DNA of 64,000 nucleotides from Eledone cirrhosa (Eukaryota): NCBI GenBank assembly GCA_964016885.1, contig OZ024740.1, positions 353,462,001 to 353,526,000 of the forward strand, read 5' to 3'. Shown piece by piece: positions 12,101 to 22,743 of this stretch (position 1 is its first letter; each line of letters starts with the position of its first letter). The notes under the pieces were generated by a model. It saw only the letters and a program-made list of their open reading frames with translations, ran no database searches and was not told where the DNA came from. The position numbers and the translations under genes were made by a program.

Positions 12101-12618
12101 TTATCTCTTTCTCTTAATTTCGAGTATATTTTTTTTGACCGGCCACCTTCCTGGTGGCAAGGTTGTAAAAGAAAAGAAACTGTCATCCCTTGAATCGCAA
12201 GAATGTTTTGCAAATTTTGAAGGTGCCAGCTATCGCAGCCATTTGTAGACTATGAATTAGGGAGCTGCGCTTTTTGTCCGCAAATCTAAGTTCAGTCATA
12301 CTTTGGTCCAAGCGGGTTGGTATATAACCCGTAGCTCCAATAATGATGGGTATGAAGCTAAAGGTGTATTTTGGATACTGGATTTGTAAACTCCTCATCA
12401 ATGGTCCGTAGATGTCCTCCTTCTCCTGTATTTTTCTGACAACGTTTACATCAAGTGGGCAGTTGATCTCCACAACAGAACACGTTTTCAATGTGTGGTC
12501 CCAAACAACAATATCAGGCCGATTGTGCTTTAATTTGGTGGCAGTTTTTATTTTCAAGTTCCACCAGTATTCCTTAGTGCCATCTGTCTCAATCTTCCTC
12601 GTTTGTTGTTAATTTTGT
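12101..12618 (-). mobile_element. 5'-truncated second copy of the R4/Dong-like element (RLE domain + 3' UTR)
   Basis: Close match to 8596-9090; ORF 12183-12557 KHNRPDIVVWD..KTFLRFKG. Confidence 0.9.
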
Positions 12619-12619
12619 A

Positions 12620-12931
12620 GATGTATATATATATGCATGTGGCATAACAAATTCATACAAATGTGTATGTGTGCATAAATATATATATATACATACACAC
12701 ATATATATATGCAGACACATATATATATACACACAAACACACATATATATACACACAAACACATATATACACACAAACATATATATACGTCTAAACCCAT
12801 GCTTGCGTGGAAAATAAACGTTAAACGATGATGATGACACAAACACATATATATATACAAACACACATATATATACATACACACACACATATATATACAC
12901 ACATATATACACCCACACATATATATATATA
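12620..12931. repeat. Compound (TA)/(CA) microsatellite region
   Basis: Direct reading. Confidence 0.9.
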
Positions 12932-13054
12932 TTAAGAAATCCATACAATTGCGTGTGTTTGCATTATACTTTCACTATTAAAAAAACAAACAAATTCACA
13001 ATCGTATCTGTCAAAAATTAGTTTCACTTTTGAGACCGCCCGTCTTGACGTATG

Positions 13055-13090
<36 letters not shown>

Positions 13091-13822
13091 ACATAATCAC
13101 TCTATCTATCTGTATCTCTCTCATCACACACTCTCTCTTACTCGCTCTGTCGATATATATGGTAGTTGAAGTGGTGGTGGTGGCGGCGGCAATATGCCGG
13201 AAGTGTAGAAATTTGAAACTTTTAAAAGAAGTCAATTTTAAATAAGCAATAACATTATTTATATTTAATCAAGCGTTACGAAATTAAGTACATAAATTAT
13301 GTAATGTTCATTCATTATTTAATCAAAATAATCAAACTTATTTTACTAACTGGATTAAAAGATATAAATCGGATGCTGTCTCGCACTCCTCCCCTTATTA
13401 TGGTATCGATATACCGTATTTGCCAGCCTATATCTCACGTTATGTTTTGTCGTTTATAGGCATTTGTACGGACCACTTTCAATAGTCGTGGTTTTTCATT
13501 CTTCGTGAGTGATCTAGGAACGTAAACCCCATGAATACCGGGGACAACTATATATGCAGCAATGAATAAGCGAAAAAGAATGCATATACAGTTGTAGTGT
13601 GTCTTGTTTTATAGACATCGAAAAGGTATATGACTGCGTTCTTCAGGACCTGCCGTGGAAAGTTCTGCAGGAGTATGGATCAATTGTCAGCTTCTTGTTG
13701 CCCTGTCGTCTCTATACGAATATCCAAGTATTTGTGTTCGAATAAATGGTGCTAAATCGAAACCATTCAGTAATAACATAGATATGAAAATTATCACATG
13801 ATTCTTGTTTCTTTTTGTCAGG

Positions 13823-13919
13823 ATGAGGTGCCTCTTGATTTTGTTAGTTTTGTTGCCAGTGGTATTCAGTGCCAGTTTCTACTCAGAGCAGGCAAGAGAG
13901 GAAACAAAACGTTTATCCA
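13823..13919 (+). CDS. Secreted peptide gene copy A, coding exon 1: MRCLLILLVLLPVVFSASFYSEQAREETKRLS (signal + propeptide, KR)
   Basis: Acceptor TTTCTTTTTGTCAG|G ATG; hydrophobic core; donor A|GTAAGT (phase 1); frame and splice sites kept in the paralogue at 39708. Confidence 0.85.
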
Positions 13920-15113
13920 GTAAGTAACACAGGCACACCTGTAGCACTAACAGTTATGAAGTGTTTTGCCTTTTCTTATACTCTTGTGAACATGTTCATA
14001 GTGTAAATATATTTGCCTTTGCTTTCCATTTTTTTATATTGTATCGACAGACTGTCTGCAGAAGGGTAAATGTAGCAAGCAATGACACTATTTTGTCGCT
14101 GCAGAGGTAATTTAGTCGTGCTTTGTCACGTATGAATACAAAGGACGACTTCCGCTCAGCAGTTGCTTCGCGCCTTTTTTCAATTCTACACGACAGTTGC
14201 GGTTTTCATTTTGTTGACACCAGACCTCACAAATGAGGTTCCCGGTCGATGCATACTAGCAAGATGTAGCACTTAACAAAAAACTTTGGCCCTCTCGCCC
14301 AGCAACATCTGCCTACCTAAATATATTTCACACACATTCCTCGTGCAACACAAATTCTCTCCTTGTTTGTTGTTCATATTTTTTGCCTATAACAAAATGT
14401 TAATTCATGTGAGTCCGTGTGAAATACCACTATGTATTACTATGCATTACTAAAGACTTATTACTAAAGCAGTCACATTCCAGATTTTCAACTGAGCGGA
14501 ACAACGTAACTCATTCCTGATTTTTCTTCATCCTGCCTTCTGATGACAAGAGTAATTATTTATAACTCTGCGAGGAATTACATTTTTATCGTTCAACTTC
14601 ACTATGCCTTAATTTGCAGCTCTCCACTCTCCTATAACCATTTGCTACCCTATTAAGTGATGAGTTAAATGTTAAAAAAAATGGAATTTCAGATATTTTA
14701 ATTATTCTACCTATATTACATTAGATACACAACCAATAATCATAAACAGAAAAATGAGAGACGAAAGAATAGATGGTACAATTCTTTCTATTGTTTAAAT
14801 TTTTATTCTAAAGATGCGAACATTTTCTTAAACCTTATAAATAAATAAAAATCTCCAAAGGCTGTAGATATGGTAAAATGAGCAGCATTTGCACAAAAGG
14901 CTGTTTCTATAACCTACATAAACAGAAGGATCCACCCAGTACTAAAACGGAAAAGTACAACTCTTTATTTCATACTTTTGCAATTTTTAACAAAACATTA
15001 GAATTGGTGAATACTCGCAGACACTTCAATTTTTCTTTATTGAGAAATTTCCTAATTTCTGATGAGTAAAGTATATTCTCAATCCAATTCATAATATGTG
15101 ATTTCTTTTTCAG

Positions 15114-15232
15114 TTGATGACATTATTCGACATCTTCAGAATCTTGATTTAACTGATGGGTGTGTTCAGACATGTGAAAGCTATGTTCCTAAATTCTGGA
15201 CGTTTCTTTGCAGTGCAGCTTGTCAAATGTAA
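15114..15232 (+). CDS. Secreted peptide gene copy A, coding exon 2: (I)DDIIRHLQNLDLTDGCVQTCESYVPKFWTFLCSAACQM*
   Basis: Acceptor TTTCTTTTTCAG; open in phase 1; CX3C-X11-CX3C; ends at TAA 15230-15232 (AATAAA at 15261) or splices at AT|GTAAGA after 15228. Confidence 0.85.
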
Positions 15233-15377
15233 GAAGAATGTTTGATACATATTTAACGTAAATAAAAATTAGATGTGTTGTGTGAATATGCATTGGAGGG
15301 ACAAACATTACTGAAATCCCACCAGAAGGGCCATTCTGTTTAAGTTAGCGTACAATGTAGCTGGTTTTGAATTTCAG

Positions 15378-15447
15378 GCTATCTGAAAAGTTGAGGACTC
15401 TTTGGGGATTTTACTATCATCATCATTTTCACGTTTGCATGGGTTGA
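15378..15447 (+). CDS. Possible coding exon 3 of copy A: (M)LSEKLRTLWGFYYHHHFHVCMG*
   Basis: Acceptor TTTTGAATTTCAG|G; phase fits the AT|GTAAGA donor; start conserved at 45381 with a synonymous CTA/TTA change; distal part runs into an RTE (CAT)n tail. Confidence 0.5.
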
Positions 15448-17860
15448 CGGCTCCTCTCTACTCGCTTCGTTCCTTTGTCATCTCCTCTGCAAGTCTCAGC
15501 GATTTGAGATCAGCTTTGACCACATATAGTGAGGTCTTCCTTGGTCTACCTCTACTGCGGCTTCTTTCCACTAGGATTTCCTGGTACTTCTTCACTCAGC
15601 GATCATCATCCATGTACATCACATGTCCTTACAAACGCAGTCTTCTCTCTTGTACATCACTTCAAATTCCTCTTAAACCCAGTTTCTACCTCAGTTCATC
15701 CTGGCTCTGCCTTTCTCTCACATTTACATTGCACACCCAATGAAGCATGATTGCTTAATTTCTCTCCAGCCTACACATATCCTCTGCAGTCACAGCCCAT
15801 GTTTCAATACCATGCAGCATAAAGAGAAACTTTTGTTGTCAACAGTAGGAGTAACTCTCTAAACTTTTTCCATCCTATCCTTATTCAAGCTATTATGCTC
15901 CCAGAGCACCCTTCTCCATTGCTAATTACGTCACATAGATAGCAGAAGCTATCAACCATTTCTATAGGTCCTTCCTGCGACTGGAATAGACTTATATCAT
16001 TGACGCTTCTCCTGTCAATTACCCCTGTACATTTTCTACATACAAAGTATCCTCTTCCTGATAGTCTACCTGTTATCCCACTCCATCTCTTGTGTACCCA
16101 AGATTTATATTGTGTACATTGTACAGAGTTTATGCCTACCTTTTTCTACATATTGAGTAGGTCTACTTCCATGAAGTAACCCCATTTACTAGCGCTTTAG
16201 TTTTGGTTAAGTTTAGTCTCAGCCCTTTGGATTCAGCTATAAAGGTCAGACATCTGCATAAAGACGTCTCCATGAACACCCAGTTATAAACTCCTGTTAT
16301 GGCCTGGAGAACTAAGATAAGCAGCAGTGGGCTGAGAACAGAACTCTGATGAACTCTTACCTGTACATTGAATTCCTCACTGAACTCGCTACTTTCGCTT
16401 TATTGACAACTCCTCTGTACATGGCTTGCACTGCTCTCACAAGCCATTCTTCTACACCTAATTTTCTTAAGAACCACCAGATAATAGATTGGAGTATTCT
16501 GTTAAAGGCCTTTTCTATATCAACCAAAGCTATATATAGCGGTTTATTCTTGGTTAGGAACTGCTCTTGTAGTTGTCTCACTAAGAAAAGGGCACCTGTA
16601 GTACTTTTCCCAAACTACATCTCGTTCTAATTCAAACCTTTCCCTAATTAGCTGCGCTAGAACCCTTTCTGTCACTTTCATAATTTGGTCCATTAGTTTT
16701 GTTCCTCTATAGTTGCTCCTTTCTAGAGCATCTCCTTTACCCTTGTAACAATTTATGATTGAACTACTGAGCCAATTATTGGGTATGACTCCATCATATA
16801 TATTACCTGATTGATGCTTTTAGCATCTCAGCAACTATTTCTGATGATCACACAGCTTTACCATTTTTCATTTTCTTTATTGCTTCTTTGACCCTATAAC
16901 TGTCAATTTCAATAGCTGATCCTTCTGTTGAGTAAGTTGGGGTAGCCCCCCCCCCCAATTCATTCTCTACATTCATCAGCTCTCGTAGTAAAATTTCCAG
17001 GCCTCTTTCTTTTGAGTATCACTGGTGCTAATGCACCAGTGTCATTTCTAAAACACTTTTCCCCCAATAATATCCCAATTCCCACTGACACACTGCCTTG
17101 CCATGCAGGAGAGTTCATGTCTCTGATCCTCATGTTGCAAAACATTGGCAACTTTTCTATTTTCAGCCACTTTCCAAGCTGTGTATACATGTTGTCTGTC
17201 TCTATTAGCTACCTTGTACCGATCTCTGCTACTCCAATTTTTTCAGTCTTTCCATGCCTGTTTCTTGGCTTTAATGTGTCTATCCACTGTATTGTTCCAC
17301 CTGCAGGTCACCCTGTCTTGGCTGGTGCTTTGTTCCAGCCACAAGTCTTATCAGTAGTTTGCAGAAGCTTGTCACACAAGTATTTCTAGTTGTCCTCTAC
17401 GTCTTGTGTATCTAATTCATCAAATGTATCCTATATTTAATAGGATGGTCCTTTACCTTCTAAACTCTCCGTTTCCATATTTTTCTGCAAATTTAGTGCT
17501 GCTTTGTGTTTATTTTGAGGCCACTAATAGCTAACTTGTGTTGGGGGGGGCATATTCTTCGCCAGGAAGGCCTTAGGATTTATTACACTCTGTCTATCTC
17601 GTTGTCTTAAAAGAAAGAAATCAATTTGGCTTGTGTGTTCGCCTGATTGGTATGTGATTAGATGACTAGCCAGTGTCATGAAACTATGTTGCAAATGGTT
17701 AGTTTATTTGTGTCACAGAATTCCAGGAGTCTCACTCTCTCTTAATTTCTTGAGCCATAACCATAGCCGCCGTGAACTCCAGTGAATCCATCTTGCTACA
17801 GTCCAATATGACCATTGAAGTCGCCTGCTAAGATAATCAGGTCTCTTTCATCAGTAACAG
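15415..17860 (-). mobile_element. Old decayed RTE-clade LINE (unit A copy)
   Basis: RQLQEQFLTKNKPLYIALVDIEKAFNR..; APE remnants; (CAT)n tail; homologous to 54150-57095. Confidence 0.85.
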
Positions 17861-18210
17861 AATATGTGACATTAGAACAAAAAAGTGTTTTAAAAAACAT
17901 TAAAAAGTCAAAATTTTATGAAATTGACAGAGAAATAAATAAATAAATGAAAAACAAAACAGTATAAATAGATAGATTTCTTTATTAGCCACAAGGGCGC
18001 AACAAGAAAGGGGACAATACAAAGACATGCCGGGGATTTTACATACAGTCGTGTAAAAAATATAAAAACAAACAATTTCAACAATCGAAATCCCCAATAG
18101 GGGGGAGGCTCCACAAATGGGTTGTTTAATACCCCGTCGATAGAACAACCCTCAACTCAAGGAGCGTGTTGTGCAAGTGCTCCTTTCTTCCTTTTGCTCT
18201 CTTCCTCAAC

Positions 18211-21200
18211 CTACAGGCTTATAAACAGAGAAGGCCCAATCACTCGGGCCATTTTCGCTTCATTCACCCACCTTTCAGTAAATTTACTGGGGTGCAGTGC
18301 CTCTCTCTCCACCCTGATTCTCCTTCTAAAGTGATACTTACAGAATGGAATCAATTGTTGTCCGGAGAGAAAGGCATCTGTCCTCAGTCCTCTCAACCTC
18401 GTCCACCATATAACTTCTTTCACCATAGCCACCGTACAGAGGAAAACCGCCTCTCTTTCGTTTTTGAAAGAGTCTGGCGGTTTGATCCTTACTATGGACT
18501 CGGCAGTCAACTGTATTTGTCCCATACGCGACAGCAGTTGTTCTGCATAGTTCCACAGGTCGCTTACGCCCGGGCAGTGTACAATTGCGTGCAGAACTGT
18601 TTCAATGTCCTGCGCACATCTTGGACACGTCCTCTTGGAAGGATCCCTGCCAGGGCGTCCGTGCCTGTAGATCTTGTCACGAACCGGTAGAGCTCCTCGG
18701 TAGCACTGCCAGGCCAGGGACCTCTGGAAGTTGTCCATAGGTCCCGGGCGGAAAGTCCTACCAAACATACTGGTGAGCTCATCGTCTTCGACGCCCAGAG
18801 TCTCTCCGAGCACGTCGTCGCCCTTGTAACGTACAATCCCTCTATAGAATGTCGAAGTGGAGTCTCCACTGATTGCTGCGCCCGCCGCTTGCCAGAGGAC
18901 TGTGAGCGCCTGAGCGCATTCAATGTGCCAGGCGCCCATCGTTTTCGGTCTTTTCTTCACCCAGGACTGCAGCTCCGTTAGCGAGACGAGCTGTGGGAAA
19001 GCCTGTCTCACAAACGGTGCCCACACCGGTTGGGGGTCGGTGAGGAATACCTGGAGATGCCGCAGCCTCAGCGCATGTTTGCGCATCATCAGCCACGGCA
19101 TTCCCAGCCCTCCGTTGGAAGGGTGCTGACAGCAGACGGATCTCCTCACCAGCGGAGCCTGCTTCTTCCACAGAAACTGGAAGAGCATGCGTTCCATCTT
19201 GGCGAGGTGTTCACGGGGACAAGGCACGACAGTCAAGCGGTAGTAGATGACGGACGCTATGAAAGTGTTCGCCACCTCCGCTCGACCTTTCAAGGACAGT
19301 TTGCACTCTGCCCACTTCTGAGTGAGTGCAAACACCTTGGCCGTGACCTCGTTCCAGTTTTTCTCCACCTGGAGGTCTGGACCGAACCAGACCCCGAGCA
19401 ATTTCACCGGTCCGTCCGTCCAGCGTCCAACGACGCTGTCGGATGTCATCGGTTTGCCTCTCCACGTACCGAGTTGCAAACCGACAGACTTGTCTGGGTT
19501 TAGTTTTGCTCCCGTCAGCGTTTCGTATTCTTTCAGTATGTTGCCGATCACCCCGATTTCCGAGGTGCTCGACACCATTACTGTCACGTCGTCGGCATAA
19601 GCCGACGCCGCTTTGCGCAGTCCCGGTTCTAGGGGGATGCCCTGCAACAGCTCCAATTTCCGCAGTAGTGGCTCTAGAGTCAATACATACAGAATGGAGG
19701 AAAGAGGGCATCCCTGTCGAATGGAACGCGTGATTGCGAACGGCTCCGATAGGTAGCCGTTCACCTTGACCCTCGAGCAGATGCTGGTGTGCATCGCCTC
19801 GATCCATCCTCTGAACACGGGACCGAAACCGGCCGCCTTGAGAACCGCTTCCAAATATCGATGGTCGACCCTATCGAATGCCTTAGACTGATCCAAGTTG
19901 ATCAGAGCCCCACCGAAGCCGGGTTTACTACCCACCCTCTCTATGATGTATCGCATGAGGTGGAGGTTGTCGTGTATGGACCTGGTCGGGATTGCACACG
20001 TTTGCGCTTTCCCTACCAGGTTCTCGACGACAAGCGCCAACCTCGTCGCTAGCACCTTGGCCAAAATCTTTAACTCTGTGTTGAGCAGAGTTATGGGCCT
20101 GAAGTTGTTAATTTCGTCCCCCTTGTTCTCGTCTTTCCTGATCAGCGTTACTACGCCCTTGCCTGCAGAACTGGGAATTCTCCCGTTCTGCTGCCAATTG
20201 CAGTAGACGGCTTCGAGGACGCCAGAGAACAAGTCCGGCATGCCTATGTAAAATTCGTAGGGTAGACCATCTAGACCGGGTGACTTGCGTTTCCCGCAGC
20301 GGCCCAGAGCGTCCCGTATCTCAGTGTCCGTGATCGGTCTTTCGCAGAACTCGGCGTCCGTGTTCGAGAGACGCGGCAGGCCGTCGAGGTATGAACTAAA
20401 GTCCATTGCCCCGTTCGGCTCACCGTCGTTCTGCTCAAACAGTCGCGCAAAGTGCCGCTGAAAGGCCGCGCACATTTGCTTGGGGTCAAGTAGCACGCGT
20501 CCGTTTTGGTCTTTCAAAGACCGAATCGTGGACTTGTTGCCACTTTTTGCCTCCGCCACTCGGGCCCAGCTGACAGCTTTCGCTCCTTCGTTTCCTAGAG
20601 CACGTGTTTTGCTTCTGACCACGCAGCCTTCGTGTTTCGCATCGAAGAACTGGTCCAGTGCCGTTCTCGACGCTAACACTCTAGCCGCGTTGCCACTTCT
20701 AAGTGCCTCCTCTACCTTGGCTACTAGTTCTCTTTCTATTCTGTTTTTCTCTAAGGCTAACTCTCTGCTATACCCTATCGATTCTATTCTAATTGCTTTC
20801 TTGAGAGAGTACCACCATCTATTGTTGACGATGGCTCCCGTTAACTGTTGCTTGACTAGTTTACTTATCCGTTCACTGTAAGCTTTACGTGCCGGTAACG
20901 ACACGTTCAGCTTCCAGTATCCGGGACCCTGTCTATGTATTCTATCACGGTTGACTAAGCAGACGACTAACTTGTGATCTGAATAGGCAACCATGTGCAT
21001 TCGTGGACAGCTTAACATATCCTTGTCCCTTTCTCTAATGAAGAACCTATCTAAATACGATCTAGATGTCCCACTGCGGTTTACCCACGTCCACTGTGGT
21101 GCAGTCGGGAAATCCAGTCGATACCTATCGGCCAGTTGGAATTGGCCGATTAAAGTTTTGAGGCTGTTGCACCCCGCTCTACTGGGACATGCTCCCACAT

Positions 21201-21660
21201 AGTCCCATCGTGCATCTAGGATACCATTCCAGTCCCCCACTAAAAGTAAGGAGCGAGACGTTCCCAGAAAAGACTCTAGACGCTTAAAGAAGTCTGGCCG
21301 TGATTGCGATTGCCCGGTCGGGGCATAAACGGCCACCAGTCTGAAGGCTCCACCTCCGATACTGTTCACGTCTAGGACTACCAGTCTACCCTCCGGGTCC
21401 AAGTGTACTTGCTGTACTCCGACGTCCAGGTTCTTCCGAAACATAACAGCCACTCCACCTCCACCTCCTGGCTGACAGAGAGATGCGTAGATCTCAAAGT
21501 CGTCGAAGATGGGGGTTAGTTGCTGCCTGTTGTGGATTCTGGACTCGGTGATGGCTATCACATCCATACTGTGTGACCTAAGGTCGTTTAAAAGTTGGCC
21601 CTGTTTCCAGGGCATCCCTAGGCCACGCACATTCACGGTTCCAACTCGTAAACCAGCCAT
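18211..21660 (-). CDS. Intact LINE ORF2p, 1149 aa (APE endonuclease, reverse transcriptase, CCHC finger)
   Basis: TVNVRGL, GDWNG, YLDRF, YSDH; LDQSKAFDRV, QGCPLS, YADD; CPRCAQDIETVLHAIVHC; uninterrupted frame. Confidence 0.96.
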   Translation of the reverse strand: MAGLRVGTVNVRGLGMPWKQGQLLNDLRSHSMDVIAITESRIHNRQQLTPIFDDFEIYASLCQPGGGGGVAVMFRKNLDVGVQQVHLDPEGRLVVLDVNSIGGGAFRLVAVYAPTGQSQSRPDFFKRLESFLGTSRSLLLVGDWNGILDARWDYVGACPSRAGCNSLKTLIGQFQLADRYRLDFPTAPQWTWVNRSGTSRSYLDRFFIRERDKDMLSCPRMHMVAYSDHKLVVCLVNRDRIHRQGPGYWKLNVSLPARKAYSERISKLVKQQLTGAIVNNRWWYSLKKAIRIESIGYSRELALEKNRIERELVAKVEEALRSGNAARVLASRTALDQFFDAKHEGCVVRSKTRALGNEGAKAVSWARVAEAKSGNKSTIRSLKDQNGRVLLDPKQMCAAFQRHFARLFEQNDGEPNGAMDFSSYLDGLPRLSNTDAEFCERPITDTEIRDALGRCGKRKSPGLDGLPYEFYIGMPDLFSGVLEAVYCNWQQNGRIPSSAGKGVVTLIRKDENKGDEINNFRPITLLNTELKILAKVLATRLALVVENLVGKAQTCAIPTRSIHDNLHLMRYIIERVGSKPGFGGALINLDQSKAFDRVDHRYLEAVLKAAGFGPVFRGWIEAMHTSICSRVKVNGYLSEPFAITRSIRQGCPLSSILYVLTLEPLLRKLELLQGIPLEPGLRKAASAYADDVTVMVSSTSEIGVIGNILKEYETLTGAKLNPDKSVGLQLGTWRGKPMTSDSVVGRWTDGPVKLLGVWFGPDLQVEKNWNEVTAKVFALTQKWAECKLSLKGRAEVANTFIASVIYYRLTVVPCPREHLAKMERMLFQFLWKKQAPLVRRSVCCQHPSNGGLGMPWLMMRKHALRLRHLQVFLTDPQPVWAPFVRQAFPQLVSLTELQSWVKKRPKTMGAWHIECAQALTVLWQAAGAAISGDSTSTFYRGIVRYKGDDVLGETLGVEDDELTSMFGRTFRPGPMDNFQRSLAWQCYRGALPVRDKIYRHGRPGRDPSKRTCPRCAQDIETVLHAIVHCPGVSDLWNYAEQLLSRMGQIQLTAESIVRIKPPDSFKNEREAVFLCTVAMVKEVIWWTRLRGLRTDAFLSGQQLIPFCKYHFRRRIRVEREALHPSKFTERWVNEAKMARVIGPSLFISL

Positions 21661-21701
21661 GTTGGTGAAGAAAAGTTGGAGAAAAAGGACGAAAGGTGCA
21701 C

Positions 21702-22290
21702 TTACCTTTTCGTTTCCTGGAGATCGGGTTGTTCAATCTCCATTTGGGTGCTGGATGGGGTGTTGGGTGGGGTGGGGAAACCTTTCAACAGGACGCGGTT
21801 GATGGGTTTGTGGCAGGGGTTGCCCACGTCCTGTGAAAATTTAATTTTCAGGTCTTTATAGGTTTCCATAGAAACCCTTATAAGTTTAAGGTGTGGAGAC
21901 GATTCTGCCTTGACGAAAGTTTTGCCCTCCGTCTCCACCTTGGGGTTTTGGGAGATGACCTCCATCAAACTCTTGTTGTTTGTGTTGATGTATGCGTATT
22001 GTTGTTTGTGTTTTTGTTGTATTGTTTTAGTTTGTTGTTCATCTGGGAGTTTTCTTTTTATGGTGGGTGCTTGTGTTTGGGGTGGTGTTGGTGCTGGTTT
22101 TGCTGATAGGGGGGTGTTTGACTGTGGTGTTGTTTGTGTTGTTGTTTGTGTCTGTGGTTGTGTGTTGGTGTTGGTGATTGGAGTTTTGGGGGTTTTGTGG
22201 TGTCTCTTTTTTGGATTTCCGCGGTTCTCCCTCTTCTTCACTTAAAGAAGGAGAAGCAGCTTCATCCGTCGATGAATAATCATCGTCAGG
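21702..22290 (-). CDS. Non-canonical ORF1 of Tx1 family 2 (probably frameshifted in its 5' part)
   Basis: C-terminus EGKTF..LKLIRVS..YKDLKIKFSQDVGNP..KP..VLLKGF matches 96-770; acidic SLSEEEGEPRK lies in another frame just upstream. Confidence 0.55.
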
Positions 22291-22743
22291 TGTGTGGGGT
22301 AAGGGTATGTTGTGTGGTGGTGGTGGTGTTTCGGTATGTGTGTTTGTGGTAGTGTTTGATGGAGTGGGATGGAGTGGGGATGTGTTCTTCAGGGGTGTTG
22401 TCTCTGTTTTTTCTGTTGTTGTTGGTTGAGTGTCTGTTTGTTTTGGTGTGGTTGCTCGTTTCGTCTGTCGTTGTACTTGTGGTGGTGGTGGTGGTTGTTT
22501 TGGTGTTGGTGTTGGTAATAGCGTTTTTTTTATGATGTTGCTGTTGTGTGTTTGTGGACAAGAGGCTTTTAGAATAGATAGACTGGTCTTAGCTTATCTG
22601 TCTTCCATGGCAGAAACAAGCTGTTAGATTTTGCTCACGAGGTGAAAAGAAAGTGTGCTGGTAGTGGTGGTGAGGTGTGCACTGATATGGGATAGCAATT
22701 CTGAGAGGGGGAGTGGGAGAAAAGGAAAGATTGCAAAGCTTCT

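Larger units (their letters stand above)
17977..22572 (-). mobile_element. Tx1/L1-clade LINE family 2, near full length, recent insertion
   Basis: TSD AATAGATAGA at 17967-17976 and 22573-22582; empty site in unit B at 48378-48387. Confidence 0.95.

Noticed and set aside
18122-22627. Many plus-strand ORFs overlapping the Tx1 element (and minus-strand ORFs over 17-3836; plus-strand ORFs over 54579-57143)
   Set aside because: Antisense shadow frames of retroelement coding sequence with no motifs of their own.
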